The notes below the pieces were generated by a model, which saw nothing but the letters and a program-made list of their open reading frames with translations, was not told where the DNA came from and did no database searches. Below are positions 50,695-61,978 of a DNA stretch of 64,000 bases, in pieces (position 1 is the stretch's first letter; each line of letters begins with the position of its first letter). A program made the translations under genes and the position numbers. The DNA is from an uncultured delta proteobacterium (GTDB taxonomy: Bacteria; Myxococcota_A; Polyangia; Fen-1088), in NCBI GenBank assembly GCA_963755125.1, contig CAVWIP010000015.1, positions 256,001 through 320,000 of the forward strand, in the 5' to 3' direction.

Positions 50695-50778
50695 GTTGCC
50701 CTCGCGCTTGAGCACGGTCTGACCCTGGACGCCCGCGACCGGCACTTCGACCACCTGCCGCAACTTTTGCACAGATGA
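50695..50778 (+). pseudogene. PIN-domain (VapC-like) toxin C-terminal remnant
   Basis: ALALEHGLTLDARDRHFDHLPQL resembles the PIN C-terminal motif. Confidence 0.55.
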
Positions 50779-50782
50779 CTAA

Positions 50783-51668
50783 GAGCGAGCCGTCATGACC
50801 TGTGGATTTGTCGAGTAGCTGCCTGAACAGTGATAATTGCGCATGCCAGATACACAAGGGCACCGTAATTCTCTGCCTTTCGCTCCCAGCGTATTCGCAA
50901 ACCGCGAAAGTTGTTGTGCCAGCTGTTTGTGCGCTCGACGACCCAGCGTCGCGGTTTGCCGCGAACACAACCAACCAGAGGCGGCTCACCGCGGCGGCGA
51001 ATGTGTGGCTTCACACCGCGCTCACGTGCCTCTTCCTCGGGGTCGTCGTAGTCGTAGCCCTTGTCCAGGCAGATGTGCTCGGGACGTCGTGGTCCGCGCG
51101 ATCCGTAGATAGGCACCGCATCGAGTGTGGAGCCCACCATCCACTTGTCGTGTACGTTGGCACCGGTCAGCGTGACGGCGAGGGGAATCCCGCGCCCGTC
51201 GGTCAGAACATGGCGCTTGGTGCCGAGTTTTCCGCGATCAGTGGGATTGGGACCCGTGAGGTCCCCCCTTTTGGCGCCTTCACCGAGGCGCTGTCCAGCG
51301 ATGCCCACTCCAGGTCGAGGCCGCACTTGTCGTGGTAGTAGCACAGCGCCTCGGTGTGAATCTTCTCGAAGACCTCGGCGTTGGTCCACTCGACGAACCG
51401 TCGGTAGCACGTGCTGCCGCTGCCGAACTCGCGCGGGATAGCATCCCACTGGCAACCGGTGCGAAGACGATAGACGACTCCCGCAAAGACTCTTCTGTCG
51501 TCCAGGCGATGAGGTCCGCCGCGCGGACTCCGCCTCCACGGTGGAATCCACGGTTTCACCCGGTCCCACAGTTCGTCGGGTACATCGGAGTAATTGGTTT
51601 GCATAGACCAGTAGACATCATGCCTTCGCGGCTCCCGCAAATTTTCCACAAGTCATGAAGGCTCGCTC
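50783..51668 (-). mobile_element. IS5-family insertion sequence (886 bp, frameshifted transposase about 50793-51604)
   Basis: Terminal IRs GAGCGAGCC(G/T)TCATGAC(C/T)TGTGGA and TAA duplications at 50780-82 and 51669-71. LRTGCQW, DSASVKA, A4G6 shift site, DKGYD, RWVVERTNSW. Confidence 0.93.
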
Positions 51669-52810
51669 TAAGCCACCCGCTTGTGAAAACGCAAACTGGC
51701 GATAGTCAACAGAGTCAGGCCGAAGCCGAGCAGGGCCAGCAGCCGCCACCAGATATCGACGAAGCCGGCGCCCTTGAGCAGGACGGCGCGCAGCACTTCG
51801 ATGTAGTAGCGAACGGGATTGAAATACGTGATGACCTGCAACCAGAAAGGCATGGCGCGAATCGGAGTCATCACGCCGGAAAGCAAGATGGCCGGCATGG
51901 CGAAAAGAAACCCGGCGAGAAATGCCTGCTGCTGCGTGCGACTGACCGTGGAAATCAAAAGGCCGATGCCCAGCGTGGAGAGGACATAGAGCACGGTTCC
52001 CATCGCGACCAGCAGCAGGCTGCCGTGCAGGGGGACGCCGAAGGTCCATACGCCAGCGGTCAGCACCAGCAAGACGTCGAAGCAGCCGATCACCAGGAAT
52101 GGTGTCATTTTCCCGATCAGGAGAAGAACAGGCCGGATGGGCGTGACCAGCACCTGCTCCAGCGTGCCCATCTCGCGCTCGCGTGCGAGCCCCATGGCGG
52201 TGACCAAAGTTGTCGTGATCACGAGCAAGATGGTCATCACGCCAGGGATCATGTAGGGCGGCGTCTCCAGGCTGGGGTTGAACCAGATGCGCGGTGTGGC
52301 CCGGATGAGCGCCAGCGGCGCGATCCCGGGTGCTGCCAGGCGTTGGTTGACCATCGCTTCGGCAGTCTCGCCGAAGTAGCGCGAGGCGGCCCCGGCCACC
52401 ACCACGGCGCGGTTGGGATCGCCGCCGTCGAGGATGACCTGCACCTCGGCCGGGCGCTGGGCGGCCAGGTCGCGTGCCAAGCCCGCGGGCAGCACCAGGG
52501 CGGCCGCTGCCTCGCCGGTCTGCAATTTGCGCTGGACCTCGCCCAGTTCCATGGTGTGGCCCGCGTCGCGCAGGGTTCCGTCAGCGAGCAGCCGGCGGAT
52601 ATGCTGGCGGCTTTGCGCGCTGGCATCGTGGTCGACCACCAGGGTGGGCACGTGGTCGAATTGGAAATCGACTGCGAAGCCGAACACCACGGTCTGCAGC
52701 AGCGGCGCGACGATGAGCATGAACATGATGCGCCGGTCGCGCACCGTCTGACGGATCTCCTTGCGCACGACCGCGCGCAACTGCACCGACCAGCGTGGGT
52801 TTGTGGTCAT
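51668..52810 (-). CDS. ABC-2 transporter permease
   Basis: REREMGTLEQVLVTP, LLSG..TP..MP..LQ. Confidence 0.92.
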   Translation of the reverse strand: MTTNPRWSVQLRAVVRKEIRQTVRDRRIMFMLIVAPLLQTVVFGFAVDFQFDHVPTLVVDHDASAQSRQHIRRLLADGTLRDAGHTMELGEVQRKLQTGEAAAALVLPAGLARDLAAQRPAEVQVILDGGDPNRAVVVAGAASRYFGETAEAMVNQRLAAPGIAPLALIRATPRIWFNPSLETPPYMIPGVMTILLVITTTLVTAMGLAREREMGTLEQVLVTPIRPVLLLIGKMTPFLVIGCFDVLLVLTAGVWTFGVPLHGSLLLVAMGTVLYVLSTLGIGLLISTVSRTQQQAFLAGFLFAMPAILLSGVMTPIRAMPFWLQVITYFNPVRYYIEVLRAVLLKGAGFVDIWWRLLALLGFGLTLLTIASLRFHKRVA

Positions 52811-53928
52811 GCGAGTCTCCGCCGAAAGCGCGCCGTGGCCAGCGAGAGGATCGCCACGGCAAAAACCGATAGCGCGACGAGATCGGGCCAAAGCAGCGAC
52901 AGATCGCTGCCCTTGAGCATGATCCCGCGCATGGCGTGCACGAAGTAGCGTGCCGGGATGATTGACGACAGGGCTTGCAGGATGCGCGGCATGTTCTCGA
53001 TGGGCACCAGCATTCCCGACAGCAAGAGCGAAGGCAGCAGCGACGACAAGGCACCCGCTTGCGTGGCCACGAGCTGGCTGCGCGCCACCACCGAGATGAA
53101 CAGGCCCTGGCCCAGCATGCCGGCGACAAACAGAAACCCGACGGAAAAGAGCAAGGCCGCGCTGCCGCGAATGGGCACGTCGAAGATCACCGCGCCCACG
53201 GCGATCACCAGCAGAAGCTGCAGCATGCCGAGCCCGAGATAGGGCAGCAGCTTGCCGAGGACGATCTCCAGGCGGCTCACGGGCGAGGCAAAGAGTTGTT
53301 CCATGGATCCGCGTTCCCATTCCCCGGAAACCGTGAGCGCGGTCAACAACACCGCGGCGATGGCGAGCAGATACACGGCCAGGCCGGGAACCATGAACAG
53401 GGCCGAGCGGGCCTCGGGGTTGAACAAAGTGAACACCTTCACCTGCAGCGGAGGCTCGGCGGCGAGATCGAGGCGGCGCAGGCTCTCGGCGCGCACCAGG
53501 CCGTCGATTTTGCTCAGGATCTGGGTGGCCACCACGCCGTCAGCTCCGTCGACCATGAGCTGGACTTCGCCGTTGCGACCAGCGGCAAGCTCGCGTTGAT
53601 AGCCGGCGGGAATGGCCAACGCCGCCAGGGCCTGGCCCCGGCGAATCATGCGCAGGGCAGTCGGCTCGTCGCTGTCAGCCGCGACGACAAACTCGTGGCC
53701 CGCAGTGACGGCGCGAGCCAGGGCACGCGAGGCGACGCTGTGATCGCCGTCGAGCAGCACCAGGGGAATCCGGTCCATGTCGAAGCTGACGCCGAAGCCG
53801 AAGATGAGCAGCATGACCACCGGCATGGCCAGGGCCATGTACAGCGTCCGCGGATCGCGACGGATGTGCAGGACCTCCTTGGAAGCCATCGCGCCCACGC
53901 GAACCAGAAAGCGCAGGGGTCTGGTCAT
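52807..53928 (-). CDS. ABC-2 transporter permease
   Basis: KEVLHIRRDPRT, EWERGSMEQL, GKLLPY. Confidence 0.92.
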   Translation of the reverse strand: MTRPLRFLVRVGAMASKEVLHIRRDPRTLYMALAMPVVMLLIFGFGVSFDMDRIPLVLLDGDHSVASRALARAVTAGHEFVVAADSDEPTALRMIRRGQALAALAIPAGYQRELAAGRNGEVQLMVDGADGVVATQILSKIDGLVRAESLRRLDLAAEPPLQVKVFTLFNPEARSALFMVPGLAVYLLAIAAVLLTALTVSGEWERGSMEQLFASPVSRLEIVLGKLLPYLGLGMLQLLLVIAVGAVIFDVPIRGSAALLFSVGFLFVAGMLGQGLFISVVARSQLVATQAGALSSLLPSLLLSGMLVPIENMPRILQALSSIIPARYFVHAMRGIMLKGSDLSLLWPDLVALSVFAVAILSLATARFRRRLA

Positions 53929-54865
53929 GGCGAGTGCGCCTCGCGAGGCCCGGCCACCACGGCCAGGAACACGTCTTCCAGCGTCGGCTGGCCAGTCTCG
54001 ACCTCCACAGCTTGCGCGCCTGCGTTGGTCAGGGCGGCCGAGATCGAGTCCGCGTTCCAGTCAGCGGGAGCCACTTGGAGGTGCAGGCCGGCGCCAAAGG
54101 GCTCGACCGCGATGATCCCAGGGCGGCTGCGCAAGCCGGCCGCGGCCGAAGCCAGGTTGCGACCGCGCACCGACAGCACGCGACCGGGGACGTATTGGCG
54201 CTTGAGCGCGGCGGGCGTGTCGAGCGCCACCAGCCGGCCGTCCACCATCAGGCCGATGCGGCCGCAGTACTCGGCCTCGTCGAGGTAGTGGGTGGTGACG
54301 AAGATGGTGGTGCCCTCGCGGGCCAGAACACGAATGAAGCGCCAGAAGTGGCGGCGGCTGACCGGATCCACGCCGGCGGTGGGCTCGTCGAGAAACAACA
54401 CCGCCGGCCGATGCAGGATGGCGCAGCCCAGGGCCAGACGTTGTCGGATGCCGCCCGGAAGCGACCCGGTGATCGCGTCGCGCTCGCGTTCCAGGTCGCA
54501 CAGGCGCAGAACCTCGTCGGCGCGGGCCGCCAGGTCCGGCCCGGAGAGCCCGTAGGCCCCGCCGAAGAAGTCGAGGTTGTCACGTACCGGCAGATCCAGG
54601 TACAGCGAGAACTTCTGTGACATGTAGCCGATGGAGGCCTTGACCGATTCGGGTGCGGATTTCACGTCGAAGCCAGCCACGCGCGCCTCGCCGGCCGTGG
54701 GCGCGAGCAGCCCGCACAACATCCGGATGGTGGTGGACTTGCCCGCGCCGTTGGCGCCCAGGTAGCCGAAGATTTCTCCGCGAGCCACCGAGAACGACAC
54801 GTCGTCGACCGCCAGGAACGATCCGAATCGGCGCGCAAGATGGATTGCTTCGATGGACGGCTCGT

Positions 54866-54869
<4 letters not shown>
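53925..54869 (-). CDS. ABC transporter ATP-binding protein
   Basis: GANGAGKS, LPGG, LDEPTAGVD, THY. Confidence 0.93.
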
Positions 54870-55821
<952 letters not shown>

Positions 55822-55822
<1 letters not shown>

Positions 55823-56865
55823 CAGCGGCGCTCCGTTCCTGGCAACCTGACCTGCACGGGCATGCCCGCACGCAGTTTGCCTGCCGGGTTGGCCAGCACG
55901 ATTTCGACCGGATACACCAGGCGATCGCGATCGCTGCGCGTCTGGATATTGCGCGGGGTGAACTCGGCCTTGAAGGCCACGGTCGAGACCCGGCCTGCAA
56001 ACTCCTCGTCGGGATAGGCATCCGCGACAGCCAGCGCGGGCGCGCCCAGTTTGACCGCAGCCAGCTCGGCATTGGGAAGGTAGAACGTGGCGCGGACCTC
56101 GGAAAGGTCGAGCAGGCGCACCAGCGTGGTTCCCGGCGCAACCAACTCGCCTTCTTCATGGGGCAACTCGGTGACCCAGGCGTCGCGGGGCGCTGCAATC
56201 TCGCACTCGTCGACCAGCAGGCGAGCCCGAGCCAAGCTGGCCGCGGTCGCACGAGCGGTGGCATGGGCGGCCTGCGCTTGCGCTGCCGACGCCTTCCAGG
56301 TGGCGCCCGCCGCACCGACTTGAGCCAGGCTGGCGCGAGCCTGCGCGTGCAGGGCTTCCACCTGGTGGGCCAGGCCATCAGCGCTGGCGCGGGTCTGGTC
56401 GCGGCTCGACAACGCTACATCGTCGGTCAACCTGTCCAGCCGGCTGGCTTGCCGGAGAGTGGCGTCGCGCTGGGCGGACAGCGCCGCCGCCTGCGCCTCG
56501 GAGGCGACACGAGCAGCGCCGGCCACCTGCTGGGTGGCGCGGGTTGCCCCGATCGACGCCTCGGCCGCGCGGGCCTGCTCCTCGGCCGCGGTCAGGCGCT
56601 CCTGCGCCTCAGAGAGCGACGCGCGTGCATCCGCGCAGTCCAGGCTGACCAGCAGGTCGCCCTTCCTCACCACCGCGCCCTTCTTCACGTGCAGACGGGC
56701 CACACGCGCGCTGATGCGCGCCGAGAGGTCGACCTCGGTGCCCTCGATCTCGCCTGAGCCGCCTGTGGGCCCGCGCAAGGCGCGTTCCTGCACCCTCAGG
56801 CGCGTGGCCAGCAGGGCGGCGAGCGCGAGCACCAGGACGACGAGAACGATAACGACCCTTCGCAT
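55822..56865 (-). CDS. HlyD-family efflux membrane fusion protein
   Basis: N-terminal TM, SGEIEGTEV, lipoyl-like halves, AEFTPRNIQT, LRAGMP. Confidence 0.92.
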
Positions 56866-56891
56866 GAAGACTCCTTGCTGGCTGGCAAGTC

Positions 56892-56907
56892 AGCAAACTT
56901 CATGCCG
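56892..56907 (-). promoter_or_regulatory. sigma54 (-24/-12) promoter of the HlyD-ABC operon
   Basis: CGGCATGAAGTTTGCT has the GG-N10-GC layout, about 27 nt before the ATG. Confidence 0.7.
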
Positions 56908-57008
56908 TAAATCGCCGGGTCTTCTCGCTGCCCGCGCGCGCGAGACTGTAAGGACTTCCGACAGCGTGTTCGGTTTTCCGACGGGAAGAAGAGTGCATCA
57001 CGTTTCGC

Positions 57009-57109
57009 GTAGGCGACCTGTGGTCGCCCCCGAAGTCCGGCGCCGAATCGCTTCGTCGCAGGGATTCGGCCGGTCGGGGCGCACCAAGGGGACCGCAGGT
57101 CGCCCCTGC
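57009..57109. repeat. inverted pair of GTAG-type REP-like hairpins
   Basis: GTAGGCGACCTGTGGTCGCCCC and GGGGACCGCAGGTCGCCCCTGC. Confidence 0.7.
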
Positions 57110-57203
57110 ACCGTGCGTGCTGGCGCCCATGCGCCGGGTGTCGGTCGAAAGGGACATCTCTTTCCGGCACCAGTTTTGCTGTCCAAGGCGCGCGGACAAC
57201 AAC

Positions 57204-58532
57204 ATGAAATCAAGCAGAGCCCTTTTTCTAGTGCTGCTCGGTCTGGCGCGTCCTACATGGGCCGAAGATGAGCGAGCCCCAAAGACCCTGACCCTGGACC
57301 AGGCGCTGGTGGAACTGGACGCGCAGAGCCCCACCTTGGTTCAGGTTCGCAGCCGCGTGGTCGATGCGCGCGCGCTGGCCACACAAGCGAGGGTTCCGCT
57401 GGTTCCGACCGTGGTGGCATCGGGCGGGTACGCGCGCAACAGCGCCGACGCAATCGTCGACTTCAGCAAGATTCAACTGCCTGGCCTGCCCGCCGGCGCC
57501 TTGCCCTCGGGGCCGCTGGTCATTCAGCCTCTCGGCGTGTGGTCGGTCGCAGGCATGGTGCGCGTGCCCCTCATCATTCCCAACGCTTGGGCAGACTGGT
57601 CGGCCGCTCAGCGCGCTGCCGAGTCGGCGGCGGCCACGGCCGAATCCGCGCGCCTGCAACTGCGCGCCTCGCTGGCCGAGGCCGCCTGGGCAGCGGCCGC
57701 GGCCGAGGAGATCGTGTCCGTGTCGGAACGCGCAGTGACCGTGGCGGAAGAACACCAACGAAGCGCGGCCCGTGGCGTGACCGCCGGCACGGAAGCGCCC
57801 CTTTCGGTGCTCAGGGCCGAAACCGAAGTGGTCAAGCGCCAGAGCGATCTGGCGCAGGCGCGCGCCAACCGGGAACGCAGCCATTTGGCGCTGGGCGTGC
57901 TCTTGGGCAAGACCGAGCCGTTGCGCGTGCTGCTGCCGGCTGAGCCAGGCAGCGAGGCCGCGCGCGTCGTGGAAAGCCTGGTGGCCGAGGCGCTGCAGAG
58001 TCGGCCGGAGCTTGCGGCACAGTCGGCGCAGATCCGCACCGCCGAGGCGCAGGCAACCTCGGCACGACTGCGCTGGCTGCCGCAGATCTCGGGCAGCGGC
58101 ACGGTATTCGCCGCGGACGTGCCCTATCCGACGGGAAAGAAAGAAGGCTGGCGCCTGACCCTGGACGCGCTGTGGCCGCTCTACGACGGCGGGTTGGCCT
58201 TTGGCAAACGCGATCAAGCGGAAGCCGCGCTGGTTGCGGCGCGGGCCGGTGCCGAAGCCCAGCGGCTCAGCATCGTGCAGGAAGTGCAGGACACGCGCCG
58301 CGATGTCTCGGTGGCTAAAGAGCGCCTGCGCCTGGCCGAGCAACAGCGGGATCTCGCCACGGCCGCAGCAGCGTCGGCCAAGCGTACCTTCGAGGCGGGC
58401 GTGGCCAGCTCGCTCGACGTGCTGGACGCCAACGACAAGCTGTACCAGGCGGACGTGGCCATGGCCGACGCGCGCGGCAGGCTGGGCATCGCGCGCGTGG
58501 CGCTGGACCGGGCACTGGGGCGGATGCGCTGA
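57204..58532 (+). CDS. TolC-family outer membrane efflux protein
   Basis: Signal peptide, two OEP repeats, SRPEL, WPLYDGG, SLDVLDA. Confidence 0.9.
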   Translation: MKSSRALFLVLLGLARPTWAEDERAPKTLTLDQALVELDAQSPTLVQVRSRVVDARALATQARVPLVPTVVASGGYARNSADAIVDFSKIQLPGLPAGALPSGPLVIQPLGVWSVAGMVRVPLIIPNAWADWSAAQRAAESAAATAESARLQLRASLAEAAWAAAAAEEIVSVSERAVTVAEEHQRSAARGVTAGTEAPLSVLRAETEVVKRQSDLAQARANRERSHLALGVLLGKTEPLRVLLPAEPGSEAARVVESLVAEALQSRPELAAQSAQIRTAEAQATSARLRWLPQISGSGTVFAADVPYPTGKKEGWRLTLDALWPLYDGGLAFGKRDQAEAALVAARAGAEAQRLSIVQEVQDTRRDVSVAKERLRLAEQQRDLATAAAASAKRTFEAGVASSLDVLDANDKLYQADVAMADARGRLGIARVALDRALGRMR

Positions 58533-59860
58533 TGACTGAAACGTCCTTAGCCGAGCTCGCCGAGAGCGCGCGTGACGATGCGGGCAGCCCCGGCTTCGAC
58601 GAGATCGAGCGCGAGGAGATGTCGCGCCTGTTCGGCCGCGTGGCATGGGCGCGCGTGGCGGTGCTGCCGGCTTTGGTGGGGTTGGTCATGTGGCTGCTGG
58701 CCACCGACGAGACACCGTGGCGGCGCTGGCTGCTCGGCACGCTCATCGTGCTGGCGTCGGCGGTCTTTCTGGTGGAAGCCGGGCGCCACCGCGGAGCGAG
58801 TTTCCGCCGCGGGACGATTCGCATCAACCTGACCTTCGCGGTCCTGGCGCAGGCCGGTGTCACCTTTGCCACCGGCGGTCTGGGCAGCCCATTTCTCTTC
58901 GCCATGTTTCCCATCGCCATGATCGTGGCCATCACCACGCGGCCGCCAGGTGTCTTCATTCTCATGGCCTGCCAGATCGCGGTTCTGTGGGCCATGGCCC
59001 TGGCCGAGGTCGAGGGTTTGATACCCAACCTGAATCTGGTTGCCTTCGGGGGCGGCTCGCGTGCGGGCTGGAGTGACACGCATCTTTTCGTCAATGCGGC
59101 CTTTGCCAGCGGCGGCTTGCTCATGGTGACCGGCCTCGGGCGAATCATCCGCGGCGCATTCGACGCCATGATTCGGCGTGCGCTTCGAGCGCGACAGGAG
59201 TCGGCGCATGCCCACGCCGAGCTGTCGGCGCTCTCCGGAGAGATCGCGCATGAACTGAAGAACCCTTTGGCCAGCGTAAAGGGCTTGGCCGGACTGCTGG
59301 CGCAAGATGTGGTCACGGGCAAATCAGGCGAGCGGCTGGCTGTGCTCAGGCGCGAAGTGGATCGCATGCAGGGCATCCTGGAGGAGTTCCTCAACTTTTC
59401 GCGTCCCCTGGTTCCGGTCGCGACTGAGAAGGTGGACATCGATGCCCTCTGTCGCGAAGTGGCGGCTCTGCACGAGGGCATGGCGCATGAACGCGGCATT
59501 TCGATCAAAGTGCGCGGGGCAGGCGCGACTGCGCTGTGCGATCCGCGCAAGATCGAGCAGATTCTGCTCAATCTGGTGCAGAACGCGCTGGAGGCGAGCC
59601 CGACAGGCGCGACCGTGGAGATTGAATCCAGCCACGACAGCGATTGCGTGCGGGTTCGCGTGCTGGATCGAGGCCCGGGTGTGGCAGCGGAACTTGCGGC
59701 CAGGGTCTTCGAGCCGGGCTTGACCAGCAAGGCGCAGGGCTCGGGCCTGGGCCTGACCATTGCGCGCGCCCTGGCCCGCCAGCACGGCGGGGATCTCGAG
59801 ATTGGGGCCCGCGAAGGCGGCGGCTGCGTGGCCGTGTTGCGCTTGCCTGCGACCCAATGA
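58532..59860 (+). CDS. membrane sensor histidine kinase
   Basis: TM helices, AHELKNPL, NLVQNA, DRGPG, GSGLGL. Confidence 0.93.
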   Translation: MTETSLAELAESARDDAGSPGFDEIEREEMSRLFGRVAWARVAVLPALVGLVMWLLATDETPWRRWLLGTLIVLASAVFLVEAGRHRGASFRRGTIRINLTFAVLAQAGVTFATGGLGSPFLFAMFPIAMIVAITTRPPGVFILMACQIAVLWAMALAEVEGLIPNLNLVAFGGGSRAGWSDTHLFVNAAFASGGLLMVTGLGRIIRGAFDAMIRRALRARQESAHAHAELSALSGEIAHELKNPLASVKGLAGLLAQDVVTGKSGERLAVLRREVDRMQGILEEFLNFSRPLVPVATEKVDIDALCREVAALHEGMAHERGISIKVRGAGATALCDPRKIEQILLNLVQNALEASPTGATVEIESSHDSDCVRVRVLDRGPGVAAELAARVFEPGLTSKAQGSGLGLTIARALARQHGGDLEIGAREGGGCVAVLRLPATQ

Positions 59861-59951
59861 GGTCCTAGTCGCGCTGGAAGACGATCGCGCGTACCATTGC
59901 CGCCATGGCCAAGGTCAACGCCGACCAGACCGGGTTGCTCATCGGCGACTC

Positions 59952-61304
59952 ATGTTGAAACCACGCGTGCTGGTGGTCGACGACGACGAAGGCGTTCGCT
60001 ATACCCTGCGCGAGATCCTGGAGTCGTCTGGCCTGGAAGTGGAGGTTGCGCGCGACGGGGTTGAGGCGCTGGAACGCCTGCAGCTTCAGCCGGCGCAGTT
60101 GGTGGTGACCGATCTGCGCATGCCTCGCATGGATGGCATGGAACTTTTGCGCAAGCTGATGGCACAGAATCCGGCCCCGCGCGTGGTTGTGATCACGGCC
60201 CACGGCTCGGAACGTCAGGCGGTGGAGGCCATGAAGGCCGGTGCGCACGACTACTTCCGCAAGCCCTTCGAGGCTGACGAGCTGGTCGCGGTGATCAAGC
60301 GGGCCACCGAGGCGGCGCGGCTGGCGCTGGAGAACGAGCGGCTGCGGGGCGAGCTGGCGCTGTCGCGCACCCTGGTTTTTGCGTCCGAGGCCATGAGCGC
60401 GCTGGCCGTGTTGGTGGGCCGGGTAGCCCCGCGCGACAGCACCGTGTTGATCACCGGCGAGAGTGGCACCGGCAAGGAACGGCTGGCCGAGGCCATCGTG
60501 CGGGCCTCGCGGCGCGCGGCCAAGCCTTTCGTGCGCTTCAACTGCGCGTCGCTGACCGCCGAGCTGGCCGAGGCCGAGCTGTTCGGTCACGTGCGCGGTG
60601 CTTTCACCGGTGCGGTGCGGTCGCGTGCCGGTCTGTTTGGCGAGGCCGACGGCGGCACAGTGCTGCTCGACGAGGTGAGCGAGCTGGCCCTGTCCCTGCA
60701 GGGGATGTTGTTGCGAGCGCTGCAAGAGGGTGAGATCCGTGCCGTGGGCGAAGATCGCCCGCGCCACGTAGACGTGCGCGTGCTGGCGGCCAGCAACCGC
60801 GATTTGAAGGCCGAGGTGGCGCGAGGCGCGTTTCGCGAGGATCTGTACTGGCGCCTCGCCGTGGTGGAATTGCACATTCCGCCGCTGCTCGAGCGGCCCG
60901 ACGACATCCCCGTGCTCGCCCGGCACTTTCTCGACCGAGCCGCCGAACGTCTGGGAGCTGCGCCGTTTGACATGACGGATGCGCTGCTGGCGCGCCTGGC
61001 GGCGCACAACTGGCCGGGCAACGTGCGCGAATTGCAGAACGCCATCGAGCGCCTGGTGGCGCTGTCCCCCGAGGGCGAACTCGATCTGTCGCTGCTGTCG
61101 CCGGGCCGGCCGTCATCGTCATCCGACGATCAGTCGCGTCTGCGCGACAAGGTCGACGCCTACGAGCGCGGCTTGATCGTCGATACCTTGCGCGCCTGCG
61201 CAGGCAATCGCAGCGAGGCCGCGCGCCAGCTCGGCATCTCGCGCGTGACCTTGCACGACAAGCTGAAGAAGCACGGAATCGGCAATAGCGACGACGCAGC
61301 ATAG
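59952..61304 (+). CDS. sigma54-dependent response regulator (NtrC family)
   Basis: Receiver domain, GESGTGKE, GAFTGA, WPGNVREL, Fis-type HTH. Confidence 0.95.
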   Translation: MLKPRVLVVDDDEGVRYTLREILESSGLEVEVARDGVEALERLQLQPAQLVVTDLRMPRMDGMELLRKLMAQNPAPRVVVITAHGSERQAVEAMKAGAHDYFRKPFEADELVAVIKRATEAARLALENERLRGELALSRTLVFASEAMSALAVLVGRVAPRDSTVLITGESGTGKERLAEAIVRASRRAAKPFVRFNCASLTAELAEAELFGHVRGAFTGAVRSRAGLFGEADGGTVLLDEVSELALSLQGMLLRALQEGEIRAVGEDRPRHVDVRVLAASNRDLKAEVARGAFREDLYWRLAVVELHIPPLLERPDDIPVLARHFLDRAAERLGAAPFDMTDALLARLAAHNWPGNVRELQNAIERLVALSPEGELDLSLLSPGRPSSSSDDQSRLRDKVDAYERGLIVDTLRACAGNRSEAARQLGISRVTLHDKLKKHGIGNSDDAA

Positions 61305-61490
61305 GGCGACCGCGCAAGCCCGCGATAGCCACAGGACGTCGTGGTCGTGGCCGTGGCCGGAGTGATCTGCTATCCACGGCGCTCGCTCTACCTGGCGTCC
61401 CACGTCGGGCTGGGGCGGGATGTTGAGCGGGTCCGGTGGCCGGACTCCGGGTGAAAGGGCGACGAACGGGCGACCGCAGGTCGCCCCTAC
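61302..61490. repeat. REP-like hairpins between convergent genes
   Basis: GGGCGACCGCAGGTCGCCCCTAC at 61468-61490 and a degenerate partner TAGGGCGACCGCGCAAGCCC at 61302. Confidence 0.6.
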
Positions 61491-61942
61491 CGCTTCGCCG
61501 GCGCGCCGCCGCCGCCTTTGCGGAAGCGCTTCCACACCACGGCGTCCAGCGCCCAGCGGCCGCAGCCGAGCATCAGGATGGCCACGCTGGCCGTCAGGTA
61601 CAGCACGGTGGCCTCGCGCTGTCGCCAGGGCAAGCCGGCCTCGCCGGAGAACAAGGTCAGTCCCAGGCTGAAGGCGAGCAACAGGGCCGCCAGCCGACCG
61701 GCCAGGCCAAGCGCGACCAGGATTCCCGCCACGAATTCCGCCGCCACTGCCAGCATGAAGCTGTGGCGATGGTCCATGCCAAGGTGCTCAGGGAAGCTGC
61801 TCGCAAGCTGACTGTAGCGGCGCACTTTGTCCAGGCCGTGCAGGAGCACGATGTTGACCCCCACGCCCAGGCGCAGGACGAAGAGCCCCAAGTTTACGGA
61901 ATTCTCTCTACTGAAGATTGCCACGGGCTCAGCGTGGCACAT
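61487..61942 (-). CDS. DoxX family membrane protein
   Basis: LGLFVLRLGVG..HGLDK, AEFVAG, GCGRWALD. Confidence 0.85.
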   Translation of the reverse strand: MCHAEPVAIFSRENSVNLGLFVLRLGVGVNIVLLHGLDKVRRYSQLASSFPEHLGMDHRHSFMLAVAAEFVAGILVALGLAGRLAALLLAFSLGLTLFSGEAGLPWRQREATVLYLTASVAILMLGCGRWALDAVVWKRFRKGGGGAPAKR

Positions 61943-61978
61943 CTGAACGAAAGGCCAAAAATTTCGGGCGATTCGTGA

